DNA of 64,000 bases. Source: an uncultured cyanobacterium. GTDB taxonomy: Bacteria > Cyanobacteriota > Cyanobacteriia > Cyanobacteriales > Nostocaceae. The notes beneath the pieces were generated by a model that saw only the letters and a list, made by a program, of their open reading frames with translations, ran no database searches and was not told where the DNA came from. Both the position numbers and the translations under genes were made by a program. Shown here piece after piece: positions 49,401 to 59,718 of this stretch. Where the stretch lies: assembly GCA_963706595.1 (NCBI GenBank), contig OY970166.1, forward strand, positions 4,224,001 to 4,288,000, in the 5' to 3' direction. Position 1 is the stretch's first letter. Each line of letters begins with the position of its first letter.

Positions 49401-51015
49401 GTTGAGCCGGATTATTCGCAAATAGCAACACCTCACGGGCTGTACTGTGTAAACGGTAGGGAACGTTGTCTCCAGTTTCGTATTCTTCTAAAACAACGTG
49501 ATAATTTGTTCCACCGAAACCGAAAGAACTCACCCCAGCCCGTCTTGGTGCTTCACCTTCCGCCCGAATCCAAGGTCTGGTTTGGGTATTCAAATAAAAT
49601 GATGAATTCTTGATATCCAGTTTAGGATTTGGTTCAGTAATATTGATGGTTGCGGGTAAAACTTTGTGATGCAAAGCCAAAGCAGTTTTAATCAAACTTG
49701 CAGCCCCAGCAGCAGCTTTGGTATGTCCAATTTGAGATTTTACACTCCCCAAAGCGATATGCTGTCTTTGGGAATCATGTTTGCCAAAGTAATCTTTTAA
49801 AGAACCGAACTCAATCGGGTCTCCAGCCATTGTCCCAGTCCCGTGGGCTTCCATTAACCCCACAGTCGCAGGAGAAAAGTCAGCATCATCATAAGCACGT
49901 TCCAAAGCTTTGACTTGGCCTTCCTTGCGGGGAGCATAAATACTCTTGTAGCGACCATCGCTAGAAGTGCCAATCCCTTTAATCACGGCATAAATTTTAT
50001 CATTGTCCCGTTCCGCATCTTCCAAGCGTTTGAGGACATACATACAAACACCTTCACCCAGCAACATCCCATCAGATTTAGCATCGAAAGGTTTGGCGTT
50101 TTCACTGGGAGAAACGGCTGGGGTTTTGCTGAAAGAAATGTAAGCCATAATTGTGTTGTCAGTGTCAACACCACCGGTCAGCATCATATCAGCCCGATGT
50201 TCCACCAGTTCGCTAATAGCCATTTTCAAAGCACCAAAGGAACTAGCACAAGCCGCATCAACTACACAATTTGTGCCGCCAAAATTCAAGCGGTTGGCAA
50301 TTCTTCCAGCTACCACATTCGCCAACATCCCAGGGAAAGCATTTTCATCCCATTTGATATAGGCGCTTTTAATTTTTTCGATAATTTTTTGGGTATCTTC
50401 ATCAGAAATACCACTGCTTTTAAGTGCCTTTTCCCAAACAGGATACTCTAACCGAGCCGAAAGTGGCATTCCCAATTGCTTGGCCATCGCCACCCCTAAA
50501 ATGACCCCTATCTTTTCGCGACTAAATTCACGGGAGTCACCATAACCAGCATCTTCCATTGCTTCTTTAGCAATCACCAAACTTAATAGCTGGGAAATAT
50601 CTGTAACTTCCAAGATGCTGGGAGGAATGCCAAACTCCATGGGGTTAAAATCAATCTCTGGAATAAACCCACCTCTTTTACAGTAGGTTTTATCTTCAGG
50701 GGTTCTGGGGTTGGGGTCGTAATAATCTTCGACGCTCCAATGTGTGGAGGGGACATCAGTAATACAATCAATTTTATTAACGATATTTTGCCAGTATTCC
50801 CGTAAGTTTCTCGCTTGAGGTAAGAGAGAAGCCATCCCGACAATAGCTATGGGATTTTGTGCTAATTTTCTATTAATTTTGTTAACTGACATTACTGACA
50901 TAGGTGTTTCCTTGCTCAACTTCTTTTCCTCTATTGACCTAATCAAAGTTTTCTCAACACTTTTGATAAGGCTCTCTAACTCTGCCAAAGCCGTATCAAT
51001 TGAATAAGCAGACAT
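46473..51015 (-). CDS. hglE: Heterocyst glycolipid synthase HglE (KS-AT-linker-2xACP); +1 frameshift near 47378-47382 as sequenced
   Basis: DAACAS, HGTGT, GHTK; AT GHSFG and AFH; two DLGIDSIKRVEI ACPs in the downstream frame; about 1513 aa when joined. Confidence 0.92.
47200..47376 (-). repeat. 4 x 45-bp tandem repeat encoding the APVVEIPPAPVAVAP linker
   Basis: Units start at 47200, 47245, 47290, 47335. Confidence 0.95.
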
Positions 51016-51366
51016 AAGGCATATACTGTTCTTAAGTACTGTGGATTGTGATAGCTGGCGTGGCGATAGCTACAGTAATTCCTAATTCGTAATTCCTAAT
51101 TTGTAATTAAGAAGTCAGATTTCATCTGATTCGGGAGAACTGGTATAATGTCAAGCACCCAATAAATGAAGTCCACATTTTAATTTTATTAATCTTGTGG
51201 GGGAGGGCAAAGATGTCCGCCCTTGTGTACCTCATTTAGATGAAATATACTGTAACTGGTTGTTACTAAAGCAACCGCACACGATACATACTGTCTTTCC
51301 GCCCTCATTAATGGATGCTTTGAGCATTTCCAGGCACTTTCGGAATACAGCATTCGTGAAATAATC

Positions 51367-51645
51367 TTATACAGGACTCGACTCTTGATATTGAGGTAAT
51401 AGGTCAATCACGTTGTTGAAACTGGAAAAATAGTCTTGGAGTACGTTAGCTGCTTGACCAGTGAATTCCATCCATTCGTAATGGTAGAGATTTTCAGCGA
51501 TTGTATCCCACTGGATTAAGGGAAACTGAGGAGTAGCTACTAGGACAGAAACGCTTTTTTCTCCCAAACTAGTTTGAGTATCTAGCCTAACCGCAGCCAC
51601 GTAGCTGGTGTTAATGACAACGTTCTGTATCTTGATAAATGCCAT
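51367..51645 (-). CDS. Small hypothetical protein (92 aa) upstream of hglE
   Basis: ATG-start ORF with protein-like composition, at the position of the small ORFs in the PCC 7120 hgl island. Confidence 0.75.
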   Translation of the reverse strand: MAFIKIQNVVINTSYVAAVRLDTQTSLGEKSVSVLVATPQFPLIQWDTIAENLYHYEWMEFTGQAANVLQDYFSSFNNVIDLLPQYQESSPV

Positions 51646-52399
51646 AGCCAGTTTCAGCGTCCAGGATAATTTAGTTTAAGCAATTTGACCCAGAAAAGTT
51701 GACAACTTCGTTACAGAAAAAACATTCCCTTTAATTCTGAAATCATGCACTTTTCTGAAGAAATACTCACACACTTATAGAATGATGCCAATGCGGTTAG
51801 GTTTAGTTTTGCTTTTTCAAATTTAAACAAAATAACTAATTTTCCTTGCCGCTTTGAAAGGGTTGAATTAATAAAAACAATAGCATGATTCACACAAACT
51901 AAATCATTTGTTTAAAGTAATTTTATAAATAAACTAGATTCTCCCTGGTAGCAATTTTCAAAAAGGCACGATCTACAAGTATAGTAAATAACTGAGTTGC
52001 TAGGCTGGTATTTTAGCTTAACTGCTTTCCTAGTCTTGATTTTTATGCCAGCACGCATATTTTGGTAATGCAGCTAAGATTTAATCAATACATCAAAAAC
52101 GTCCGGTTTTATCTAAGTTTATTTTTCAGCAGAACATCATAATTAAAGGGAATAATTCGATAATGTTTAAAGATAAAAGTACCTATAGAAAGCAATAGTA
52201 ATTTATAAAGCAAACATTAATTTAGAAGATAGTGCATAATAAACAAAACTCATTTGTGATGAATTGCCTAAACTTTGACCGCATTTAGCAATATCTGACA
52301 AAGCAGTTACAGATTAAGAAATAACTTTGTGAATCAAGGAATTTTAGATTTTAGATTTTAGATTTTAGATTTTGGTGTGTCTGTAGTAAAAAATAGATA

Positions 52400-53731
52400 C
52401 TAAGACACCAAGCCGATTTTCTGCGGTAATTTACCAGTCCATTTCTGCCACCGCATGATTCCCCGATTCACCAATTGGGGATTTTCATCGCCAATAAAAC
52501 AGATTCGCCCCATTCTTTCGCAAGCAATGAGAATTTCACCGTTACCCATAAATGGAGCAATGACAAAATTATTCTGATGGGTATACAAATTAATTAAGTA
52601 GTTGACAATACCTTCTACGCCGTCAATATTAATTGGTGTCTGTGGCTGAGGTATTGATTGGTGAGAAAAAATGCCCACATAAAGATTACCTAGAACTAAT
52701 TCATATTGAAAAGGCATTTGGCTATGACGATAAAAATTATAAATATGACCCTCAGAACGCAGCACCGCCACCACCCGCGCTTCATCTATTAAGTAATTAT
52801 GCTCCCAAGTCTGAGAAAGGGTGGCGATCGCTAAAGCAGCATCTGACGGTAACAGGTTTCTAAATTTTGAACTAGCAGTATGATCACAATACACTAAATG
52901 CCGTCCCAGCATCCATTCTTCACCAATTTTAACACTCGGTTCATGAGTAGCGATCGCTGGTTCCGGCTGACGTTGCCCTTTTTTGTGCGCCAACTTAGCT
53001 TCCCGTTGCGCCATAGCACTTTTGTAAGCCAAAATCTGTAAATCTTTTTGCTTCGCCTTAGCTTCCAGCATCAATTGAGCTTGCCTTGCCGATTCTGCGG
53101 CATCTCCTCTCGCCTGGGCTAACTCCCAAGCCTTTTGAGACTCTTGGGCTAAAATCCGCTCTTTACTCCCAGCCCTAGCTATTTTCAGCAGTGCAGTCGG
53201 ACTATCAGCAACAGGCGAACCCTTAATGATTTCTTTCACCTCTGAGTGAATACTTTTAGCAATTTGCTTACCGTGCTGAAAGGTGCGTTCAGAGTAGCCA
53301 ACTTCTCTCGCCAACTCCACAGTCCGTTTTAACGGTGGTGAAATGATTTCACCACCTTTGGCTGTATATTGATTATCGCCAACCTTTGCCCTTAAACCCA
53401 TCCGCGCTAAAATCTCGTCTCGCTCCAACCACAATTCCGAACGCTCCAGTGGTTCCAACTCATTGCGAATCAAATTCTCATCAATTTCCGCCAACCGGGA
53501 TTGATCAGAATTTTCATAGTTCACAATATGACACTCAACAGCCTCTAGCCCCAAAAGTTTGCAAGCCGTCAAACGATGTAGCCCAGCAATCAAATTCAGC
53601 TTTTGATCCACCGTAATCGGATTTAACAAACCATTAGCCCGAATTGACTCCTTCAACTCATTCACCTTTTCGCCCTTAACCGGACGGCGATTCAGACCAA
53701 TCCGAATTTTATCTATGGACACTATAGGCAT
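52400..53731 (-). CDS. ParB/Srx N-terminal domain + HTH + degenerate DNA-methylase-like C-terminus (Alr5348-like)
   Basis: GLLNPITV, AGLHRLTAC, DENLIR; WMLGRH, APFMGNGEILIACERMGR. Confidence 0.85.
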   Translation of the reverse strand: MPIVSIDKIRIGLNRRPVKGEKVNELKESIRANGLLNPITVDQKLNLIAGLHRLTACKLLGLEAVECHIVNYENSDQSRLAEIDENLIRNELEPLERSELWLERDEILARMGLRAKVGDNQYTAKGGEIISPPLKRTVELAREVGYSERTFQHGKQIAKSIHSEVKEIIKGSPVADSPTALLKIARAGSKERILAQESQKAWELAQARGDAAESARQAQLMLEAKAKQKDLQILAYKSAMAQREAKLAHKKGQRQPEPAIATHEPSVKIGEEWMLGRHLVYCDHTASSKFRNLLPSDAALAIATLSQTWEHNYLIDEARVVAVLRSEGHIYNFYRHSQMPFQYELVLGNLYVGIFSHQSIPQPQTPINIDGVEGIVNYLINLYTHQNNFVIAPFMGNGEILIACERMGRICFIGDENPQLVNRGIMRWQKWTGKLPQKIGLVS

Positions 53732-53957
53732 AATTACTAAACTTGAGTGCAATCAGTCAAAGGTATATCTAAATATATTGCATCAATATACTCATTGGCG
53801 AGTCAATGAAGAAGCAGGGGAGAAGAGGAGAGGCGGTTGGGATTGACAAGATAGGCAATTTTTGCAATACTTATAAACGAGCTAAACCAAGTTTTGCCAG
53901 TTATTTTTCTCTTCGCTGCGAGCATCTGAAGATTTAGATTTTGATCCTAGCCAGATT

Positions 53958-53971
53958 GTATTTTACGCTAC
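53958..53971. promoter_or_regulatory. Candidate NtcA box in the divergent promoter
   Basis: GTA-TTTTACGC-TAC; only imperfect -10 boxes 21-22 nt away on either strand. Confidence 0.4.
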
Positions 53972-54285
53972 TTGATTCGGTGTCAAATTAGGATAAAACT
54001 AAGGAAGATTTGCAGTCACACCACCATTAAATCAGTGAACAGTGAACAAGGCTTATGGTGGGGGATATAAACCCAATTATGTCTCTTGACTGTTCACTGA
54101 TAACTGATAACTGATAACTGTACAGGCGTACAACAATTTATATAGAACTAATTAGACCTCTCAATTGGCAAAAAAGTAACACCAGAGAGAAAACCCTCTG
54201 GGTTAAATTGCGGATGAGTCTATTGCATTCAAATGATCTAGCCATTTTAGGCTGTTCCCTGGCATAGCACAATTGGAATAAAAAT

Positions 54286-55500
54286 ATGGCCGCAAACAAA
54301 GAACGCCTGTTACTCATAAAACCCCTCGGTCGGTGGCGAATAATTTTGGCAGCTTCTATCACTGTAGCGACTGGATTAGTAACTTTTTACAGCTTTTCAC
54401 AAAATCGATTTAGCGCCCAAGTTCAAACTCCCCCAGCCAATTTGCCAAAGACTACCGCTACCGCCACCCCAGCCAAACTTGCGGTGACAGCTTTAGGACG
54501 TTTGCAACCTGACGGTGAAGTGACTCAGTTATCTGCGCCCAATTCAGTCAACGGTGTGCGGGTAGAAAAAAGCTTGGTCAAGGAAGGAGAAGAAGTTAAA
54601 GCTGGGCAAGTATTGGCATATCTAGAAAATTATGCTCGCGCCACAACCGCCCTGCAACAGGCTGTAGACCAACACGAAGTTGCTAAAGCTAAACTAGCAC
54701 AAGTGCAGTCTGGAGCTAAAGCTGGAGATATTGCCGCCCAAAGAGTTGCGATCGCGCGTTTAGAGTCACAATTAAAAGGAGACATTGCGGCTCAACAAGC
54801 CACAATTAACCGCATCCAGGCCGAAGTAGATAACGCCCAAAGCGAAAACAATAGATATCAGCAACTATACAAAGACGGTGCTGTTGCCGCCTCCGTCGCA
54901 GATAGTAAAGCTTTGCAACTCAAAACTGTACAACAGCAGCTCATAGAAGCCAAAGCCAGCCTTAACCGCACCCAAAATACCCTTCAAGACCAACTCAAAG
55001 AAGGCAAAGCCAGACTAAACAGTATTAGCGAAGTGCGTACCGTTGACGTAGAATTGGCACAAACTGAAGTGAATAGTGCTGTAACTGCGATCAAACAAGC
55101 AAAAGCAGACCAAGAATTGACTTACCTAAAATCTCCCATAAACGGCCAAATTCTCAAACTTCACGCCAAAACAGGAGAAGTAATTAGCAACGCTGGATTT
55201 GCGGAGATAGGTAAAATATCGCAAATGTATGTGATCGCAGAAGTTTATCAAACCGATATTCAAAAAGTCAAATTAGGTCAAAAAGCTACCATTAATAGTA
55301 ATGCCTTTCCTGGTAAAATACAGGGAACCGTCAGCGAAATTGGTTGGCAAGTTGACAGACAAAGCATCTTCAGTCTTAATCCCGCAGCAGATACAGACCG
55401 CAGAATAGTGGAAGTAAAAATCAGCATCAATGACCCCGCAGATAGTCAACGGGTAGCGCGTTTAACAAACTTACAAGTAGATGTCGCCATTCAACTCTAA
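54286..55500 (+). CDS. hgdB: DevB-family membrane fusion protein HgdB
   Basis: VTALGRLQP, AEVYQTDI, DRRIVEVKI, LTNLQVDV. Confidence 0.88.
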   Translation: MAANKERLLLIKPLGRWRIILAASITVATGLVTFYSFSQNRFSAQVQTPPANLPKTTATATPAKLAVTALGRLQPDGEVTQLSAPNSVNGVRVEKSLVKEGEEVKAGQVLAYLENYARATTALQQAVDQHEVAKAKLAQVQSGAKAGDIAAQRVAIARLESQLKGDIAAQQATINRIQAEVDNAQSENNRYQQLYKDGAVAASVADSKALQLKTVQQQLIEAKASLNRTQNTLQDQLKEGKARLNSISEVRTVDVELAQTEVNSAVTAIKQAKADQELTYLKSPINGQILKLHAKTGEVISNAGFAEIGKISQMYVIAEVYQTDIQKVKLGQKATINSNAFPGKIQGTVSEIGWQVDRQSIFSLNPAADTDRRIVEVKISINDPADSQRVARLTNLQVDVAIQL

Positions 55501-55502
55501 TT

Positions 55503-55580
55503 CAAGACGTGATTTATCGCATCTCTACAAGACGTGATTTATCGCATCTCTACAAGACGCGATAAATCGCGTCTCTACAA
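55503..55580. repeat. 3 x 25-bp tandem REP-like palindromes
   Basis: CAAGACGTGATTTATCGCATCTCTA x2 + CAAGACGCGATAAATCGCGTCTCTA; no spacers. Confidence 0.9.
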
Positions 55581-55606
55581 AACAATATCCCAGATGGTAT
55601 TAAACC

Positions 55607-56785
55607 ATGAATTTTAAAATTCCTTTAGCGTGGCTACAGCTAGCCCAACAAAAAGTTAGGTTTCTGGTAGCTGTAGCTGGAATTGCATTTATTGTACTGC
55701 TGACCTTCATCCAACTAGGCTTTCAAGATGCACTGTATTCTAGTGCTACTGCACTGCATCAAAATCTCCGCGGCGATTTATTTTTAGTTAGTTCGCAATA
55801 TAAATCTTTGACCGCAACTCAAAGTTTTTCCCGCAGTCGTTTATACCAAACCTTGGGTTTTGATGGTGTAGAGTCAGTTAGCCCCATATATTTGCAATTT
55901 GCGAAATTAAAGAACCCAGCAACTGGAGAAAAATATTCCATATATGTGATTGGTTTTGACCCCGGAAAATCTGTATTTAATATACCCGAAGTTGCTGAAA
56001 ATTTAGACAAACTCAAAATTCCGGATATTGTCCTTTTTGATCGAATTTCCCGCCCAGAGTTTGGTCCAATCGCCGCCAATTTTGATGCTGGAAATACTGA
56101 GCAGACAATTGAACTATTTCCCTTTGATGCTCCCATTGGTTACAGAATCAGAGTCGGAGGCTTATTCAGCTTAGGTCCTTCCTTTGGTGTAGATGGTAAT
56201 TTAATTGTCAGTGATTCAACTTTTCTCCGGATAAATCCTAATACTCGCCCAGCAGACATGATTGATATTGGTGTGATCACTCTAAATGCTGAGGCAAATC
56301 CAGAGCAAGTTTTGCAAAAATTGGCAGCCAGCTTACCTAATGATATCCAAGTTTTTACTCGTCAAGGCTTTATTGATTTCGAGAAACAATATTGGTCTGT
56401 GAGAACACCCATCGGTTTTATACTTAACCTCATGCTGACTATGGCTTCTGTGGTTGGTGTGGTAATTGTCTATCAAATCCTTTACAGCAATATTGCCAAT
56501 CAATTAGTTGCTTACGCAACCTTAAAAGCTATTGGATATGCCAATGGATATCTACTAAATGTAGTTTTTCAACAAGCATTAATTCTGGCTTTGTTAGGTT
56601 ATATTCCAGGGTTTATCTTTTCCATAGGCTTGTATAGTTTTGCTATGGAAGTGACTAAATTACCAATTATGATGACTGCAAACAATGCCATAATTGTTTT
56701 AGTTTCAGCAGTTTTAATGTGCATAACTTCAGGGTCACTTGCTATCAATAAACTTCGTTCCGCAGACCCGGCTGATATTTTCTAA
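55607..56785 (+). CDS. hgdC: DevC-family ABC permease HgdC
   Basis: IPLAWLQL, YATLKAIGY, ADPADIF end. Confidence 0.9.
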   Translation: MNFKIPLAWLQLAQQKVRFLVAVAGIAFIVLLTFIQLGFQDALYSSATALHQNLRGDLFLVSSQYKSLTATQSFSRSRLYQTLGFDGVESVSPIYLQFAKLKNPATGEKYSIYVIGFDPGKSVFNIPEVAENLDKLKIPDIVLFDRISRPEFGPIAANFDAGNTEQTIELFPFDAPIGYRIRVGGLFSLGPSFGVDGNLIVSDSTFLRINPNTRPADMIDIGVITLNAEANPEQVLQKLAASLPNDIQVFTRQGFIDFEKQYWSVRTPIGFILNLMLTMASVVGVVIVYQILYSNIANQLVAYATLKAIGYANGYLLNVVFQQALILALLGYIPGFIFSIGLYSFAMEVTKLPIMMTANNAIIVLVSAVLMCITSGSLAINKLRSADPADIF

Positions 56786-57005
56786 ATACACCAATTCTTC
56801 CTAATTATGTACTTATCTGAAAGCAGAAATAGCCTTCTAGAAAAGTATGCTAGTTCGCCCTTGGCGTTCCCATAGGCTATAAATTAAAAAGCCCAAAATG
56901 CCAAGGATAACTAAACTTACAGGTAATTAAGTATTAGTTCATAAAACAGAGCTAATACTGGTTATTCCACTCAAATTCCCTAATTTACCCATCACTTATA
57001 CCACT

Positions 57006-57995
57006 ATGAACCTCCAAAACAAAACTCTCTTAATCACTGGTATCGATGAATTTGTTGGTTTGCGTGCAGCCGAATTAGCAATAGCGCAAGGAATGAAAGT
57101 TCGGGGACTACAAAGTTCAACAGAGGTGAATAAAACAGCACAAAATTTGGGAATTGAGATCATTGTTGGTAACATTACCGATGCTAAAATTGCCCAAAAA
57201 GCTTGTCAGGGTGTAGATATTGTTTTACATACGGCTCAAATTGCTCAGGAAGCTGGCGCAATTAAAGAATTTCGTGAAGTAAATGTTGGCGGTACGGTTA
57301 ATATAGCTAAAGCTGCTAAAAATGCTGGGGTAAAAACTTTTGTCCATCTTTCTAGTGTGATGGTTTACGGTTTTAATTATGCAGATGGTATTACAGAATC
57401 TGGCACTCTATCCGGTGATAATAATTCCTACTGTCAAACCAAAATAGAAGCCGAAGCTGAACTTCTACCCCTGAATTCTCCTCCTGATTTTGGTGTAATT
57501 ATTCTCCGGGCTGGAGATGTTTATGGTCCTGGTAGTACTTCTTGGGTTGTCCGACCAATTCTGATGATGCGTCAAAAATTATTTGCTTATGCAAATGATG
57601 GTCAAGGAGTGATGAATCATGTCTATGTGGATAACTTGATTGATGCTGTTTTCCTCGCAATTCAAAAAGAAACCTACGGGGAAATTTTTAATATTACCGA
57701 CGGTCAAGAAACTTCCTGGAAAGAGTATTTTCTGCGTTTAGCTGCAATGGAAGGTTTAGCTGCGCCGATGTCTTTACCTAAAGAGGAGATGAAGTTATTT
57801 CTCAAGCTGCGCGCCCAAGGACAAAAACTGTTTCGCAAAAAAGCTGATATTCTCCCAGAGTCTGTAGATTTTATGAGTCGTCCTCATGCTTATTCCATTG
57901 CTAAAGCCCAAAATCTGTTAGATTATAAACCAAAAATTGATTTAGAAGATGGTTTACGACTAACACAAGAATGGATTCAAAAAACTGATATCTAA
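57006..57995 (+). CDS. hgdA: NAD-dependent epimerase/dehydratase (HgdA position)
   Basis: ITGIDEFVG, HLSS, YCQTK, VYGPG; directly after hgdC. Confidence 0.78.
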   Translation: MNLQNKTLLITGIDEFVGLRAAELAIAQGMKVRGLQSSTEVNKTAQNLGIEIIVGNITDAKIAQKACQGVDIVLHTAQIAQEAGAIKEFREVNVGGTVNIAKAAKNAGVKTFVHLSSVMVYGFNYADGITESGTLSGDNNSYCQTKIEAEAELLPLNSPPDFGVIILRAGDVYGPGSTSWVVRPILMMRQKLFAYANDGQGVMNHVYVDNLIDAVFLAIQKETYGEIFNITDGQETSWKEYFLRLAAMEGLAAPMSLPKEEMKLFLKLRAQGQKLFRKKADILPESVDFMSRPHAYSIAKAQNLLDYKPKIDLEDGLRLTQEWIQKTDI

Positions 57996-58038
57996 AAGCT
58001 AGTGAAATGCCTTTAGATTTTACTTAGCCTTTTTTTAT

Positions 58039-59025
58039 ATGAGCGACAATATACCACGAGTAAGCATTGGTTTGCCTGTATATAATGGCGAGAAATTTAT
58101 CAAAGCAGCCCTCGATGCACTTTTGGCTCAGACTTTTGAAAATTTCGAGTTAATCATCTCAGATAATGCTTCGACAGATAATACTGAAGAAATTTGTCGG
58201 GCTTATGCGGCTCAAGATAAACGTATTCGTTACTACCGCAATCAGAGTAATCTTGGTTGTTCATGTAACTTCAATCGTGTCTTTGAATTGTCTGTGGGCG
58301 AATACTTTAAATGGGCAGCTTATGATGATTTACACGCTCCTGAGTTTCTGATGAAATGTGTGGAAATACTTGACAATAATCCCAAAGTGGTATTATGCCA
58401 TCCTCAAGTATATTTCATAGATGAAAATGGTAATTTTCTGCAAAACTACAATATTCAACTCAAGACTGATTCAGAAAAACCTCACAAGCGTTTTCACGAG
58501 TTGCTGACTAAGCATCTCTGCTATCAGACTTATGGTGTAATTCGTGCCAGCACTCTGCGAAAAGTGCCACCTATGGGTAGTTATGGGACTGCGGATGGAA
58601 TTTTATTGTTAAGAATTGGGTTGCTTGGGCAATTTTATGAAATTCCTGAATATCTATTCTTTGCTAGAAGCCATTCGCAGCAATCGTTGAGTATGTTTTT
58701 CCCCAATTATCATTTATTGGGGGACAATCAATCAAAATCTCCTCCTAGCATTTTACCTGACTTTTATGCTTACACAGTTTGGTTTGACTCAGCCAAAAAA
58801 GGCAAGATATTATTTCCACATTGGAGAATAGTTTGGGAATACATGGTTTCTGTCTGGCTGTTTAAACTGAGCCTTTATCAGCGCCTACGTTGCCATATCA
58901 GTATTTATCAGCAGTTGCACGGTACAGAATATTTGTTGCTTAAAGATTTACTGAAAGTAGCTCAAATATTATGGCAGCGTTGTTGGCAGTATCCATCTAT
59001 AAACAATGAAAAAATCATCCCTTAA
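58039..59025 (+). CDS. GT2 family glycosyltransferase (soluble)
   Basis: SIGLPVYNGE, SDNASTD, WAAYDD. Confidence 0.9.
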   Translation: MSDNIPRVSIGLPVYNGEKFIKAALDALLAQTFENFELIISDNASTDNTEEICRAYAAQDKRIRYYRNQSNLGCSCNFNRVFELSVGEYFKWAAYDDLHAPEFLMKCVEILDNNPKVVLCHPQVYFIDENGNFLQNYNIQLKTDSEKPHKRFHELLTKHLCYQTYGVIRASTLRKVPPMGSYGTADGILLLRIGLLGQFYEIPEYLFFARSHSQQSLSMFFPNYHLLGDNQSKSPPSILPDFYAYTVWFDSAKKGKILFPHWRIVWEYMVSVWLFKLSLYQRLRCHISIYQQLHGTEYLLLKDLLKVAQILWQRCWQYPSINNEKIIP

Positions 59026-59082
59026 AGGGATTGCTGTGACAAATTATTTCCAAGTAAAATCACATTTTCAATTCCCCAAACT

Positions 59083-59557
59083 ATGTTGAACATTACTCAT
59101 TTTAGTCGTGTACTTCTAGCTACTTTATTGAGCCTGAGCTTTGCGAGAACTGTAAGCGCCGAGCCAACTGCAACTCTTACAGTTGTAGTCAATGGCATCA
59201 GCAATCAAAAGGGGACGATTTGCATGGGCATTTACTCCCGTGCTAAGGGATTTCCGATGAGTACCTGATGATGTGGTAACAAGCGCTTGTGTGCAGCCTC
59301 AAGGCAAGACTTTAACTCACAAATTCTCTGGTTTGAAGCAGGGAACTTATGCGGTTGCGGTAGTAGATGATCAGAATAGCGATCGCAAACTCAATAAAGA
59401 CTTTCTCGGTATTCCTCAAGAAGGTTTTGGTCTTTCCCGAAATCCCACTGTCTCAATAGCAACTGGTACACCAAGTTTTTATGATGCCAGTTTTATATTG
59501 ATGCCAAATCAAAATACCAAAATCAACATTTTGATGAAATATTCCCTTGATTCATAA
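59083..59557 (+). CDS. DUF2141-family exported protein; +1 frameshift at 59264-59265 as sequenced
   Basis: Signal peptide, GTYAVAVVDD.N, GIPQEGFGLSRNP; deleting one C gives FPMSTDDVVTSAC, 157 aa. Confidence 0.8.
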
Positions 59558-59619
59558 AAGTAGCTAGTGGGGGATTGAAAAAGAAGCAGGGGAGCGGGGA
59601 GTAAGAAATTATTTTAAAC

Positions 59620-59710
59620 TTCCGGTTACTTAACAACCATTCTTATTCTCCCCAGCCCCCAGCCCCTTTTCCTCTTCTCCCCACTCCCCACTCCCTACTC
59701 CCTACTCCCC
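59620..59710. repeat. Dispersed repeat + STRR (inverted copy of 7281-7373)
   Basis: TTCCGGTTACTTAACAACC...(ACTCCCC/ACTCCCT)n. Confidence 0.8.
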
Positions 59711-59718
59711 AGCTATAT

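Noticed and set aside
55503..55580. Possible CRISPR array
   Set aside because: Units abut with no unique spacers, belong to a REP-like family seen elsewhere, and no cas genes are in the window.
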